NCBI RefSeq assembly: GCF_000143415.4
Contig: NW_003314379.1
Coordinates: forward strand, 1-64,000
DNA from: Selaginella moellendorffii
Taxonomy: Eukaryota; Plantae; Lycopodiophyta
Direction: 5' to 3'
DNA length: 64,000 nucleotides
Part shown: piece after piece, positions 22,343 to 33,999 of the stretch
Position numbering within the stretch: the stretch's first letter is position 1
Layout of the letters: each line of letters begins with the position of its first letter
Program-made: the position numbers and the translations under genes
The notes under the pieces: generated by a model
Told to the model about the DNA's origin: nothing
Database searches by the model: none
What the model saw: only the letters and a program-made list of their open reading frames with translations

Positions 22343-24807
22343 ACTTGGTATCGGAGTTGTTCCTTAATCCGACTTTTATTGGTGCTCAAGTATATCACTA
22401 TTAGTGTTGGCATTAGAAGGTCCGAGGAGTGGGCCTATCCTTGAGGAGTAGCAGGTCGGGAAGATATGGCTCTCCATTACAGTTCATGTGTGAACTTGTA
22501 GACACGGTGGTGGATAGAAAAGGGCCAATAATGGAACGACTTTGGGATCTTGGGAACAGTGCAAGGTTTTCCTCATTGAGTTGAGGAGGTGATCCAGATG
22601 AGTATTTGACTCAACAAACTAGCTAATGTAGTTGTGGTAAACAACTATAGTTGGGATCATGGGGAAGATAGAGACTCCAAAAACAATAAAGGAGTCACAA
22701 GATTACCCTCATATAGTGGAGGCTGGTGCTCATTAACTTGAGACCAGAATTGATGACTGAGGGAGGTCAAATATAAAAGAGGACACGAGTCCTTGAAATG
22801 GCTGGGGCTACCTTTTATAAATGCGGGAACAGACCCAAGGAGTTGGGGGTGTGCTCAAAGGGTGAGTCAGTATTCTCATCGCATAGACAAGTGGTCATAA
22901 GGGGCAAAAGGTTGCCCCCAGAGAACAAAATCAAGTGTCGGAGTAACACTTGCAAAGATGGTCCTTGTGAGTAAGACATGAATACAAGGAGTTGTAATCC
23001 AGTGAGCTAGCACCTCAAAAGAAGGACCTCATGGGTCGTCGGATTAGCAAAGTCCAAAAGTTGAATGACTCCAATAGAGTTAAGGAATAATCCTGAGGGA
23101 TTGATGGAAGCATTTGGACTGAGGTGTGTGGTGCCCCACGAAGGATGGGGAGGATCTTGAAATCCAAGCATGAGAACAGTGTGTATCTCATCGGTGGCAG
23201 AATTTGCCATACTAAAGTCGTGGGAAAGGTGTTCCCAAAAGAAGAAACTTTGGTGCAGAGTTGTGTGCGAACACTATGGTGTAGTGCTAACGGATAGTTG
23301 GCATGAGAAATGACTGGGTTGGTCTTGGCAAAAACCTAGACACAAGTGCAAAGTGTCATAAAGGCATATTCATGGAGCCGATGGTGTGAGGACACTAAAT
23401 GGGCCAAGGTGTGATACCTTGGGATTATGTTGATGAGTTCATAAGGACCCCTTGCCAAGGGAATCCTAATGGAAATGGGAATGGCATAGCCTAAGCTGGA
23501 AGGCATGTGGTAGAGTGTGGTGACCCGGATAATGATGGAGGTGTGCAAGCACCAGCAATGAGTTATAGGACTTGACAACTATGAGGCAACTAAGCAAGAG
23601 GTGCGTAATTGGTTAAACGGGTAGAAGGTAGTTATCCAAGACTTCTTAATGGCATAAAGAAGTTAAATATACCCTTATCGGGGATAAGTTGCTTATGTTG
23701 CGATATAATAAGTCAATGTCGTAAAAGGAAATACTCATTGTTAAGGAGGCCATCATTGGGACACCCAAGCACTCTAGAACACCAAGAGGTGGTGTTTAGT
23801 GTTGCGAGGGCAATAAATAAGGCCCAAAGGATAAAATCCCTAGCGAATGATGGATAGAAGGTGCTATCCAAATGTTCAAGGTTGCAGAGATGGGAGAAAT
23901 CTCTCTACCCGAATTGGACAAAGTCAAAAGGGGATTTTGGCAAGGCTAATGATGGGCATAGAAAGGCCTATAAGTAGCAACGGTAATCCCAGTGTGTGGG
24001 ATTACAAAGTGAGCAAACCCGGATTGAGGAACCACTCCCTACGCTGTCAGGTAGGTTCATCCCTATGAATACTTGCCAAGGCATGGTAGAAAATGCAAAG
24101 CTATCTTCCTATTTCAGAGGAGAATGACCAAAAGAAATGTGTGAGGCCAAAAGGCAAGTAGTAAAGGGATAGAACCGAACCATGGGAATTGACAGGCATG
24201 ACCAAGGGTGGTTATGCAAGTTGGGAGTGGAGAATCAAGTGGGTGCTCAAGCATGTTGTTACTAATGACTGGGATGCCATGGAGAGTCTAAAACATGGGA
24301 TTGTCCATGTTAGACTATATGGCAATTGGAAAGCTTGTGAAAGGAGAGACCTTAGCAAGCTAAGGAATAGAGTTCCTTGAACGTTCCTCCTAGGTAGATA
24401 AGTACCTAGATGTCCAAGTGTAAATGGTTCATAAAACGCGCGAAATCAGAGTGGCGTAGCAGAAGCATGGTCTTGAAGCTTGCTATAAGGCAAAGCTATC
24501 AAGGTTGGGGAAGTAGTTTTCGAGTGTTCAAAGAGAGGGCTTTGAACGAAAGTCGATGGTTAAAGACTTTCACGCTTATGCATGAACTATGTTACAGTGC
24601 CCAGATGACTTGCTAAGCGAGATTGGCAAGTTGGGGGAATGAATACCCTAGTTGGAGGAGCCAACTTCAAAGGGGTGGCCCATGGGGCCGAGTATGGAGG
24701 AGTCCATGCATGATTACAGACATGTCAAGTGAGAGGACTTGGCAGTGTGGAGGAACTAGGTTCCTAAGTGTGATCTATAGTGCGCTTCAAGTATAAGTTG
24801 GTGCACC

Positions 24808-25218
24808 GGCGTGGGGAGTCACGCCAGGCATCCTATGTGATGCTGTCCATATATGTATATACGGAGGTTGGGTTCGAGTCCCGACCCTCTAGTGCTTGGG
24901 TTCGAGTCCCAACTCACTAGGGCGTGGTGATGGTTTGGAATATGAGGACACTCATATTTCGGTGGTCATGGACTCTCAGTGGGGAGACTGGTTTGGGCAC
25001 ACCGCCAAACGAGGGATGCCTGGGAGTCGTGATGCACGGTTAGATTGCTTAGTGTGAAAGCTCAGCATATCTAACTTGAACACTTTAGTGCAAGTGGCAC
25101 CAAGGATGTGGTGAATGAGATGGGGACACCCAGTCTTAGTTGCCATGGACCCTTGGCCGGAAGGGCTAGCTTGGGTGCACCGCTAAGTGTGGGGGATGCC
25201 CCCGGGGTCATGGTCAAC
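24808..25218 (+). ncRNA. Candidate structured RNA element in element C (full copy plus duplicated core)
   Basis: Homologous to the reverse complement of 1295-1540 with compensatory base changes. Core repeated at 24917-25037 and 25101-25218. Confidence 0.7.
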
Positions 25219-26369
25219 AACTTAAAGGTCTGGAAGACCTAGCATCTATTAGCAAACCTATTAAGGTGCCAAGGTTAGATCACTAGGTGATCCTATGGCC
25301 AAAAACAAGTGTGAGGTTAAGGGATAAAGTTCCAAGTTCAAAGTGTTGATTGGAACTATTGATGATGGTGTGGCTTGGTCAAGGTAACCAAATGGGAGGA
25401 ACACCTAAGGGAAATGAGCTATATCAATGTGATGGCATAATAAGTCCGAGGAAAATAGTCTCTATAAGAGATCCATCGAAGGGTCTCAAAGTTGGGCCAT
25501 GATAAAGCCCATAACAGAAAGTGCTAAGGAGACGTACTAGGGGTAAACACCCTTTGGACTTGGGAAAGTAAAGTCTTTGCTATGGAATTGAAAGAATACC
25601 TCGAGAATGGAGGTGACGATCCTGTGTTGCGTGGTGCAACAATCAAAGATAGGAGCAAAAGACTAGTGGCTAAAAAAAGGGCCATAGGAATCATGGGATA
25701 GAAGCCAAATGGCAAAGTTAGTCTAAAAACACTAATGTGTTGGATGCTAACGGGTTATCGGAAAGCAATGTGTTTCCAAGGATAGGTTCCCAATTGCTCC
25801 GATTTGGCGAAAGGGGAAGCTCCAAGGGATGGAGTGGTAAAGTAGCCAAATGATAGGGCCATGGACAGCCCTAGCACGAATTACGATAGCTAGAACTTGC
25901 CAAAGGTGGCACGATATCGAAGAGAGGATGATGGTGCCCTTAAGTAAAGAACTTCCTAGGATGGGGAAGTGGAGGTGCACCATGTGTAATGTGAGGTGTC
26001 GGAGAAATCTAGGAACTTGGCTCTGAGAAGTCAAAATTAAAAGTTCCAAAGTGCAAAGGTTATGTCGATGGAATCTGAGACTACTTGAGAATGAGTAGTG
26101 GGATCGGGTAAGAGAAGGTGTCTCTAACGGGTTTAGTGAGAACTAAACCAATAAAGGGAGAAAACCACCACAAGTGGTCAAATGAGTCTCTAAGTTGAAG
26201 AGACTATGCTCCTTAGAGGATGGGTAAAGCAAGGTGAGCCTTCGGTATTAAACCTTGGATGAATGTTGGCGAGGGGCAAAGATGCAAAGGGTAATACAAG
26301 CTAGTATTACTTTATAAAATAGTTTATCGTTCGATGAGGACATCGAACTTTGTCTATGGGTGGTGGAGT

Positions 26370-28309
26370 TGTGAGATACAAAATCCCTAGGCCCCAAAGT
26401 GGAGCTGAAAGGGTGCCACGTGGTAGTGGCCGAAGCGAAAGCCAAACGAGCGTAACATGTTTGGACTAAAAGCTCCGACTTGAAAAGGTCGAGAGTGGGA
26501 GTGGAACTCCCAACGAAGTGCTCGAGGAATGAGCACGAAGCGAGCAATAAGCGAGGCTCCAAAAAGGGACCCAAAAGGACCAACACATGACACGTGGAAG
26601 AGTCCGAGATGGAGTCCGAAGTGGAGTCCGAGATGGAGTCTGAGATGGACCCGAAATGGACCCGAGATGGACCCGAGTTGGAGTCCGAAGTGGAGTCCGA
26701 GAAGGACCCCGAGATGGAGTCCAAGGTGGAGTCCGAGGTGGACCCGAGATGGAACTGAGATGGAGTCCGAGATGGAGTCCGAGATGGAGTCCGAAGTGGA
26801 GTCCGAGATGGACCCGAGATGGAGTCCGAGATGGAGTCTGAGATGGAGTCCGAAGTGGAGTCCGAGAAGGACCCTGAGATGGAGTCCAAGGTGGAGTCCG
26901 AGGTGGACCCGAGATGGACCCGAGATGGAGTCCGAGATGGAGTCTAAGATGGAGTCCGAGGTGGAGTCCGAGATGGAGTCCGAGATGGACTCGAGATGGA
27001 GTCCGAGATGGAGTCCGAGGTGGAGTTCAAGATGGAGTCCGAGCTGGACCTGAGATGGAGTCCGAGATGGAGTCCAAGATGGACCCGAGATGGACCCGAG
27101 ATGGGACCCGAGATGGAGTCCGAAGTTGAGACCGGGACCGAGACCGAGACTGGGACCGAGACCGAGACCGAGATCGGGACCGAGACCGAGACCGAGGCCA
27201 AGACCGAGCCCGAGTCCGAGTCCGAGTCCGAATCCGAATCCGAGTCCGAGTCCCGAGTCCGAATCCGAATCCGAGTCCGAGTCCGAGTCTGAGTCTGAGT
27301 TCGAGTCTGAGAGGGTGAAAGCCCAAAAGCGTTCGTCTCCCAAGACCCTAGGGGGGTTTGGTGAGCTCCAAAAGTATAGTAGGGGGAGGACTGCAGTGGA
27401 GCCAGTTTGGCCAGGAAAGGCCAGTTTGGCCCAGGAAGGCTGTACCCAGTGTTGGGTGATGAGCTGCCCATTGGGAAGTCCAAGACTAGAGTGAACACGG
27501 ACCGACAAGTGGGGTAGCTTGGTGAAGTGTTCAAGAGCTGGCTCTAGTTCCCCCGGGAGATCGATTGGCCGATGCTCCCAGTCCAAGTGTGGGTGGCACT
27601 ACCTACTTAGATACCTGGTGTGGCTCAACAGAACCTTGCTCTAAGCCCATGGCTAGAGCACCCAAGGGCAGAAGGCAAGGAGAGTACCCACGAGGCCCAC
27701 GTAGGGCCATGGTGTTCCGAAATGTTGCTTCAAAGTCCTAGACTGTGGAAAGGAAGAAGAGTAGCCCTCTGGTGTGGTGACCAAGGACACAGTCACACAG
27801 TGAGGAAGTCCCAGAGGACAGTTGGACTTAATGGTCGGGCCTATGGGCCTTGATCCAGTGGCAGTGATGGCGAACATGGCCATGGACAGAAAGGGACTTG
27901 GTGGGGACTGGAAAAGAGATATTGGGGAAGGCTATGCCCCATGTCTGTGAGCATCCTAAGGATGCGGAGGAGTGGATCTGGGATGATCACTCATGGACGG
28001 ATGGCCCAATCTTTGAGAGATGGGATTGTGATGTAGGTGGCATCAGACCACCGGTGTGACCAAGGTGAATGCGCATGGCCTCAGCGTAACGGGCCGATAT
28101 GTTGGTGGTACCTTGGGGTGTCGGTCATGGGATCGGACATATGGAGCACTTGAATCAAGTGCTAAGGTTGAGTGGCATGGATGCCATTCTCGGGGCTATT
28201 AAGCCCCAAGTCCCGAATTGGACCTACGGAGGTTGTGAAAGAGACTCCTCCAAGTGGTCGGAGATGTGGTTAAGTGACTAAAGTAGAATGGAAAAATTAG
28301 TCACTTACA
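26370..28309 (+). repeat. 3' LTR of element C
   Basis: TGTGAG...CTTACA. Near-identical to the 5' LTR except for array copy number (1940 vs 2017 bp). Confidence 0.95.
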
Positions 28310-28612
28310 TACATCTTATGAATTTATTTGAAATACCAATTTTTTTCATTGTATTTTGTAAGAACTCCCAGTCCACTTTATGGTATGCTTTTCCATAATC
28401 CAGCAGAGCCATCTGCAATCCATGATCCTTAACCTATTCTTGTGGCAAAAGCACTATTAATATATTGTCTACCAATTATCTCCCTTTTACGAATCCATTC
28501 TGAGTGTCATGTATGGTCTTTGGCAGAATTGGTCTTAATCTTTTAGCTAATGCCTTAACTATGATCTTGTAGAGCATATTAAGTTTTGAAATTGGCCTTC
28601 AGTTAAGACTTA
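28310..28612 (-). mobile_element. LINE reverse transcriptase remnant, upstream part
   Basis: [33 protein letters not shown] and LLDYGKAYHKVDWEFL, with in-frame stops. Continuous with 20325 across element C. Confidence 0.85.
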
Positions 28613-30258
28613 TGACTTGGTGGAAGCTCCTGAAGGACGTGAAGTTGTTGGATCACACTGGGTGTTCAAGCTTCATAGAAATCCTGATGGATCGGTACAG
28701 CGTTACAAAGCAAGACTTGTTGCTCAAGGATATTCACAAGTTCCTGGAGTGGATTTTGATGAGACATTCTCACCAATTGTGAAGCAGACAAGTATCAGAA
28801 TGCTTCTGGCTTTTTCAGCGGAGTTTGGTTTGTGCGCACATCACATGGACGTAAAAACAGCCTTCCTTAATGGGAACTTGAAGGAGGAGATATTTATGCG
28901 GCAACCCCCAGGCTTTGAGCTTTTTGGATCATGGTGCTCCGAACTCATTTGCAAGCTTCACAAGGCTCTTTATGGCCTTAAGCAGGCTTCCCGTCAGTGG
29001 TATGAATGTTTGGATTCTTTTCTTATGGATCTTGGTATACAGAGGTTGAACAGCGATGGAAATCTATATCTTTTTCAACAGGGTGATCACTTTGTTGTGA
29101 TAGCAGTTTATGTGGACGACTGTTTGATTGTCAGCAACAATGACACTGTTTTGAAGGATGTGAAGATCAAGCTTATGGACAGGTTTGTGATGAAGGACTT
29201 AGGAGTTGTGCGGCAGCTGTTAGGGATGGAAGTTGACAGGGATGAAGTAGACAGGACAATCACCCTCACACAGTGCCAATATGTGAAGAAGCTTCTCAAC
29301 CAGTTCAACATGACAAGTTGCAAATCCGTGACTACACTAGTCATCACTGGCATCAAGTTCACAAGCAAGATGGATGATTTATTTGATCAGCCCTCGGTCT
29401 ATCGATCGCTTGTTGGAGGACTACTCTACCTCGGCAACATGACTCGCCCCGACATATCCTTTGCCGTTGGTCTCCTCAGCCGATACATGCAGTCTCCGAG
29501 TTGTTATCATTGGCAAATGGCGAAGAGAGTTTTGAGGTATTTGAAAGGAATGGCTACTCATGGACTGGTTTACAAATGCTCAGGTCAGTCCAAATTTGTT
29601 CTTCAAGCTTACTGCGATGCAGATTGGGCTGGCAACTTGGATACACGACATTCAACCTCCGGAATTTGCTGCATACTTGCTGGTGCTCCGTTTTCATGGG
29701 GAAGCAAGAAGCAAACGACGGTTGCTCTTTCCAGTGCAGAAGCAGAGTACATAGCTGCTAGTACAGCAGCAAGGGAGATCATCTGGCTTCATCGATTACT
29801 TGGAGAACTCAATCAACAGTAATCAGATGCGACCATTCTGCATTGCGACAGTAGAAGTGCAATCGCCATGTCAAAGAATCCTGTGTTTCATGCTCATACG
29901 AAACATATAGACGTGCAGCATCACTTCATTCACAAACATGTAGCAGCCGGAGATCTTCACCTGGAATACGTTCCTTCACAGTATCAGTTGGCAGACCTTC
30001 TAACCAAGCCACTTTCGGAGCTCACATTCATCAAGCTGAGGAATCAACTTGGAGTGTTAAGCACCCTCAGCTTGAAGGGGGAGTGTAGGAATAATGATGA
30101 ACACGACAAGCAAGATGATTCATATCAGAAGCAGTCCGAATCGTGATCAGATCTCTAGTGATTTCTGATTTGATTGAAGTTGTATATATATATAGCCATA
30201 TATGAATCAGGGTGTGTGTTGAAGTGAAATCTGTTGTTCTTGCTCCGCTTTTCTTTCA
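28613..30258 (+). mobile_element. 5'-truncated Ty1/Copia element (RT, RNase H, PPT, probable short 3' LTR)
   Basis: YKARLVAQG, MDVKTAFLNG, LYGLKQ, YVDD, DADWAG, KHIDV. One stop at 29820. PPT TTGAAGGGGGAG, then TG at 30084. LTR end ~30258 is tentative. Confidence 0.9.
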
Positions 30259-30289
30259 AGCCGTGACATGCGGCACGGCACGTAGCATC

Positions 30290-30883
30290 ATGGAGTGGAC
30301 GCTTGTGTGCTGCACCTCTCTAGCACAATGAGGCAAGCTAGATGATGCTCGAGAAATCTTCGACAGGCTTCCAGCGAGTGAGAGAGACGTAGTGTCATGG
30401 ACTGCCCTCTTCCATGATCTTGACGACGCCGCACTCGTCTTTGTCCGCGACATGCACAACAAGAACCACGTCTCGTGGAATGCCATGGTGGCAGCGTATG
30501 CCCGAGCAGGGCATACCGCAGAAGCTAAATCCATGCTTGAGCAAATGCTGTGCCATAGCACTTACTCACATCCGTCCAGATCCTCGGAGAAGGATCTGGT
30601 GGCTTGGAATACAATGATCGGGGCATATGCCCAGAACGGGCAAGGCTATGAGGCACTGCTGCTCTACTGGGAAATGTGGCAGCGCATGGTCCGACTCGGC
30701 CAAGTCGAGCAAGGGAGAAGCCATTTCGTGGCCATGCCGATGGATCAGGGAATCATGCCATCGCAGGAGCGCATGGTGGATTGTTCCGGGCAGCTGCTTG
30801 TGGCGGAGGAACTCCTCGCCACCTTTCCATTCTATCCCAGCTACAGAGCTTTCTTGCGGGTTCCCGGATCCATCAAAACGTAG
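30290..30883 (+). pseudogene. Collapsed PLS-class PPR pseudogene
   Basis: LDDAREIFDRL..RDVVSWTA, VSWNAMVAAYA, DLVAWNTMIGAYAQNG and an E-domain remnant, with a stop and internal deletions. Confidence 0.75.
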
Positions 30884-31238
30884 AGTGGGAAACGAGCTCC
30901 ACATGTCACTACGGCATTGGATCCAGGCAAGTGTGCACCTTATGTGCTCCTTTTGCAATCGCCGAGGGAGCTATGAAGCTGTTGTCGTGATATGCCGCTT
31001 TTGCTTGCAACCACTGTCCTGCCAGTACACAGAACTAGATTCTCTTCATGCGCCAGCATGCGCTTTCTATAGTCTCCTCAAACAAAGGGATAGAACTACC
31101 GTCCAGATAAAATCCACACACCTCTAAAGCCATGGAGATCTCGACCTGAGAAACAAGGACTCTATTAGTGACAGCACAAGGCACTTGCACATACCAGATC
31201 TAGTTCATCGCATCCCAAAGACTCACGGCGTACAGCCT

Positions 31239-31820
31239 TCAGTCCACACTGTTCCTCCACAGTTCTAATAAGAACATCCTGGCCCTCGTTCGAGTATGAC
31301 AGCGATGTGGGCCGACAGACTTGAAAGGGCCGCATGGATATGCGGCTGCCACCTGACACTCGCGGCCGGACGTCGATGCTTTATATACAGAGTTGGCCTT
31401 CGTGACTGGACCAGTATTCGTGGCCACAGGTTTATACTCACTGCTTGCACTTACTGGAGAAGGAAGAAGATCTCGAGGTACTCTTTCGATTGGTTGAGGC
31501 TTTGTTTTGCCTAGGGAAAGGATTGAACAGGGGTACATGATTAGGTCGAAATGCTCGGACTCTGTGCCTATCTGCCCAAGGGACGTTTGAGCGCGCCAGG
31601 TGGATGCTTCCACAGGCTCGCACTCAACCCTCAAATGCGCACCCTCCGCAGCTTCGTTGTGGATCCAGAGTGTAGAACCAGTCAGTTGGAGACCTTCGAC
31701 TGATCGAATCAGCTGAGAGAACATGTTGATGATAGCGAAGTAGCCATCATTCTTGTTGAGGGAGAGCGTCATATCCAACTCAAAATCCATCCCCACTTGA
31801 CAGGCTGCATCTCGAATCAT
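31239..31820 (-). CDS. Orphan ORF, unknown product (may be a gene fragment)
   Basis: 193-aa ATG-initiated ORF with protein-like composition. No motif recognised. Confidence 0.25.
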   Translation of the reverse strand: MIRDAACQVGMDFELDMTLSLNKNDGYFAIINMFSQLIRSVEGLQLTGSTLWIHNEAAEGAHLRVECEPVEASTWRAQTSLGQIGTESEHFDLIMYPCSILSLGKTKPQPIERVPRDLLPSPVSASSEYKPVATNTGPVTKANSVYKASTSGRECQVAAAYPCGPFKSVGPHRCHTRTRARMFLLELWRNSVD

Positions 31821-32019
31821 GTCGTCAGGAGTTTTGAGCTCTAGCTGGTAGAATAGACTTAGAGACCAATGAATCTCTCAAGACTCATCAACAAACATGC
31901 CAAAGACTAACATGAAACAAGCTTCTCCAACACTACTACAATAATAAAGAGAAAACTTAAGAAAGTTACTAAAGAGACTCAAATTCAACACTCCAGAGGC
32001 AAAACCCTAACCCTAGCAT

Positions 32020-33850
32020 CTATGGCTGTATCTCCGAGCACTGAGATCAGGATCTACAGCACTGAAATCAAGCTATGGGGAAGCAACGCAGTACAGCAAT
32101 GCACCCTCTCACAAAGGAGTTTGTCTTTGAGCCAACAGTGGTGAGTCCAGAGAGTGCAAATCTCCTCTTTGCCTGTAATCCAGCATGGAAGAGGACAAGG
32201 GCACTAGACAACTGGCTGTGTGAGGTCAGCCTTTACGAGTTCTCCCACATCATGGAGAAAGAGTACAAGATCGAATGGTGTGTGCCCAAGAACACGAATA
32301 TATCTTCACCACGGGCTACATTGCATGGGTATCCAAGCTTCCAAACGGCGGAAAGCAAGTCACATCCATGTTGTGAACAAAAGGCATGCCACCAGGATGC
32401 ATCGAGATCATCAAGAACTACAAGTCCGGAAGCTCACTTCAAATGAGCAACATCACCAACGAGGCAAAGCCAAGGCTCAAGTTTCTCATCACAACTCTCA
32501 AGATGCACAAGTCAAGTAGCTCTGCCAGGAAAGCCATCGTAATTCTTTATGATGACTTGCAACACAAAATTGAAGTGGACATCGCAAGCTACCTCTACAA
32601 AAAACTCATCAAAGGAAATCCACTCAACAACAAAACTGATCCACAGCGGCCAGAAATGTAAAACACTTGCACTCCCCTAAGTTGCTGCACTTGTGCCAAC
32701 TCTCGACTTGGCATTCCCACTCAGCATGAAAGTACCTTTGACAACAACGCAGACTAGAAGAAAGCGGGAATGCGCAAAGAGAAGAGAGAATCTGCTCCAC
32801 ATATCTGACAAAGAAGACGAAGAGGAAGAAGAACAAGAGGACGAAAAAGAACTTTCACCACTGACAACAATTCCACCAGCAAAGAGAACCAAAATGACAA
32901 CAAGTTCACCCCCAACAAACAAGACAACCACAAGCCAAATTGAAAGCATCATCTCCAAGGAAGAACCAGAGGAAAAGAGTTAGGAACAAAATCAAGAAGT
33001 CCATAATCACCTTGATCAATGGTGTAGCAGTTCACACCAAGAAAGAAGGGCCAGCATCCCCACCTGCAGAAGTGCCAGTTGATGACAGCACTATGCCTCA
33101 ACACCGCGAGCACCACAGTAGGGAGCATCCAGACCAGGAACAATGCAGGGATCCAGAGCAGGAGGGATGACGCAAACTAGAGCTGCCACACAGGCTGCTC
33201 AGCTTGGCATTCCTCCAATTTGTCGATGAAGTCCAACACCTCCAGCCGACGCTGCAGATGCCAATCCCGGTGGACTTCGCACGACAGTTCCCCAACAAAT
33301 AGATGAGCATCTTTCTACGTGACAGAGTACAGGCCATGATCAATGCAGTCATCTTCAGCCTTTGGATGCAAAGCTCAACAAGATCTAGAGTGACATCTAG
33401 CAGCTCAAAAGGAGCATTCAAGGTACGTCCTTCTAGAAGACAGTATGTATGGAGACACAATGAATCAACAATGAGCTTGCTAAAGAAAATGTGGAGCTCC
33501 GCAGTGAGATCTGCGTTCTGAAGGTGAAGCAGCCTGCAGTAAAATGAAAGTGAGCACAATGAGGAGAATGACAATGATGAAGAGTTCCATTAGCGACTCA
33601 ACAAATTTAAGGTCGACTCATAGGAAATTCAGCGCCAACACAGCCAACCGACACAATGGAGCAGTAGGAGCTTGATACAAAGATTTGTTCAGTCGTGGGA
33701 GAGTGAAATACAACAGATTAAGTATGCATTCCAGGATTTTCTTGACAGTTAGGATTACAACCATGACACTCAAGATTACAATTTTGACAGTTAGGACTTA
33801 GGAAGAAGTGGCAGTTGCCACATGTAGGAGTAGTGAAGGGGGAGAGTTAG
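32020..33850 (+). pseudogene. Decayed long ORF with acidic/low-complexity tract, probably transposon-derived
   Basis: Chain of frameshifted coding-like ORFs (32075, 32386, 32693, 32940) followed by the PPT-like GAAGGGGGAGAG at ~33835. Confidence 0.35.
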
Positions 33851-33999
33851 CACTCAACCCCTATCCCTATCTCTATTGTATTCTAGCATATCATCAATGC
33901 ACATTCATTTGCTCAAGACTCGAAGTATTTTAGTGATGTCAAGCTTATTTTTACTCACAACCTTCTTGGGGATTGAAAGTCTTAGATTAATTTCTAATC

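Larger units (their letters stand above)
20326..28309 (+). mobile_element. Element C: non-autonomous (LARD-like) LTR retrotransposon related to elements A/B
   Basis: LTRs 20326-22342 and 26370-28309. Perfect TSD TACAT. PBS TGGTATCGGAG at 22346-22356, PPT at 26354-26369. The 4.0-kb internal region has no ORF over ~100 aa outside the LTR-repeat ORF. Confidence 0.93.

Noticed and set aside
22360-24700. Short ORFs in element C interior as a novel accessory protein
   Set aside because: All are under ~85 aa, lie on both strands and have no recognisable motif. They may be decayed gag, but this cannot be supported by eye.
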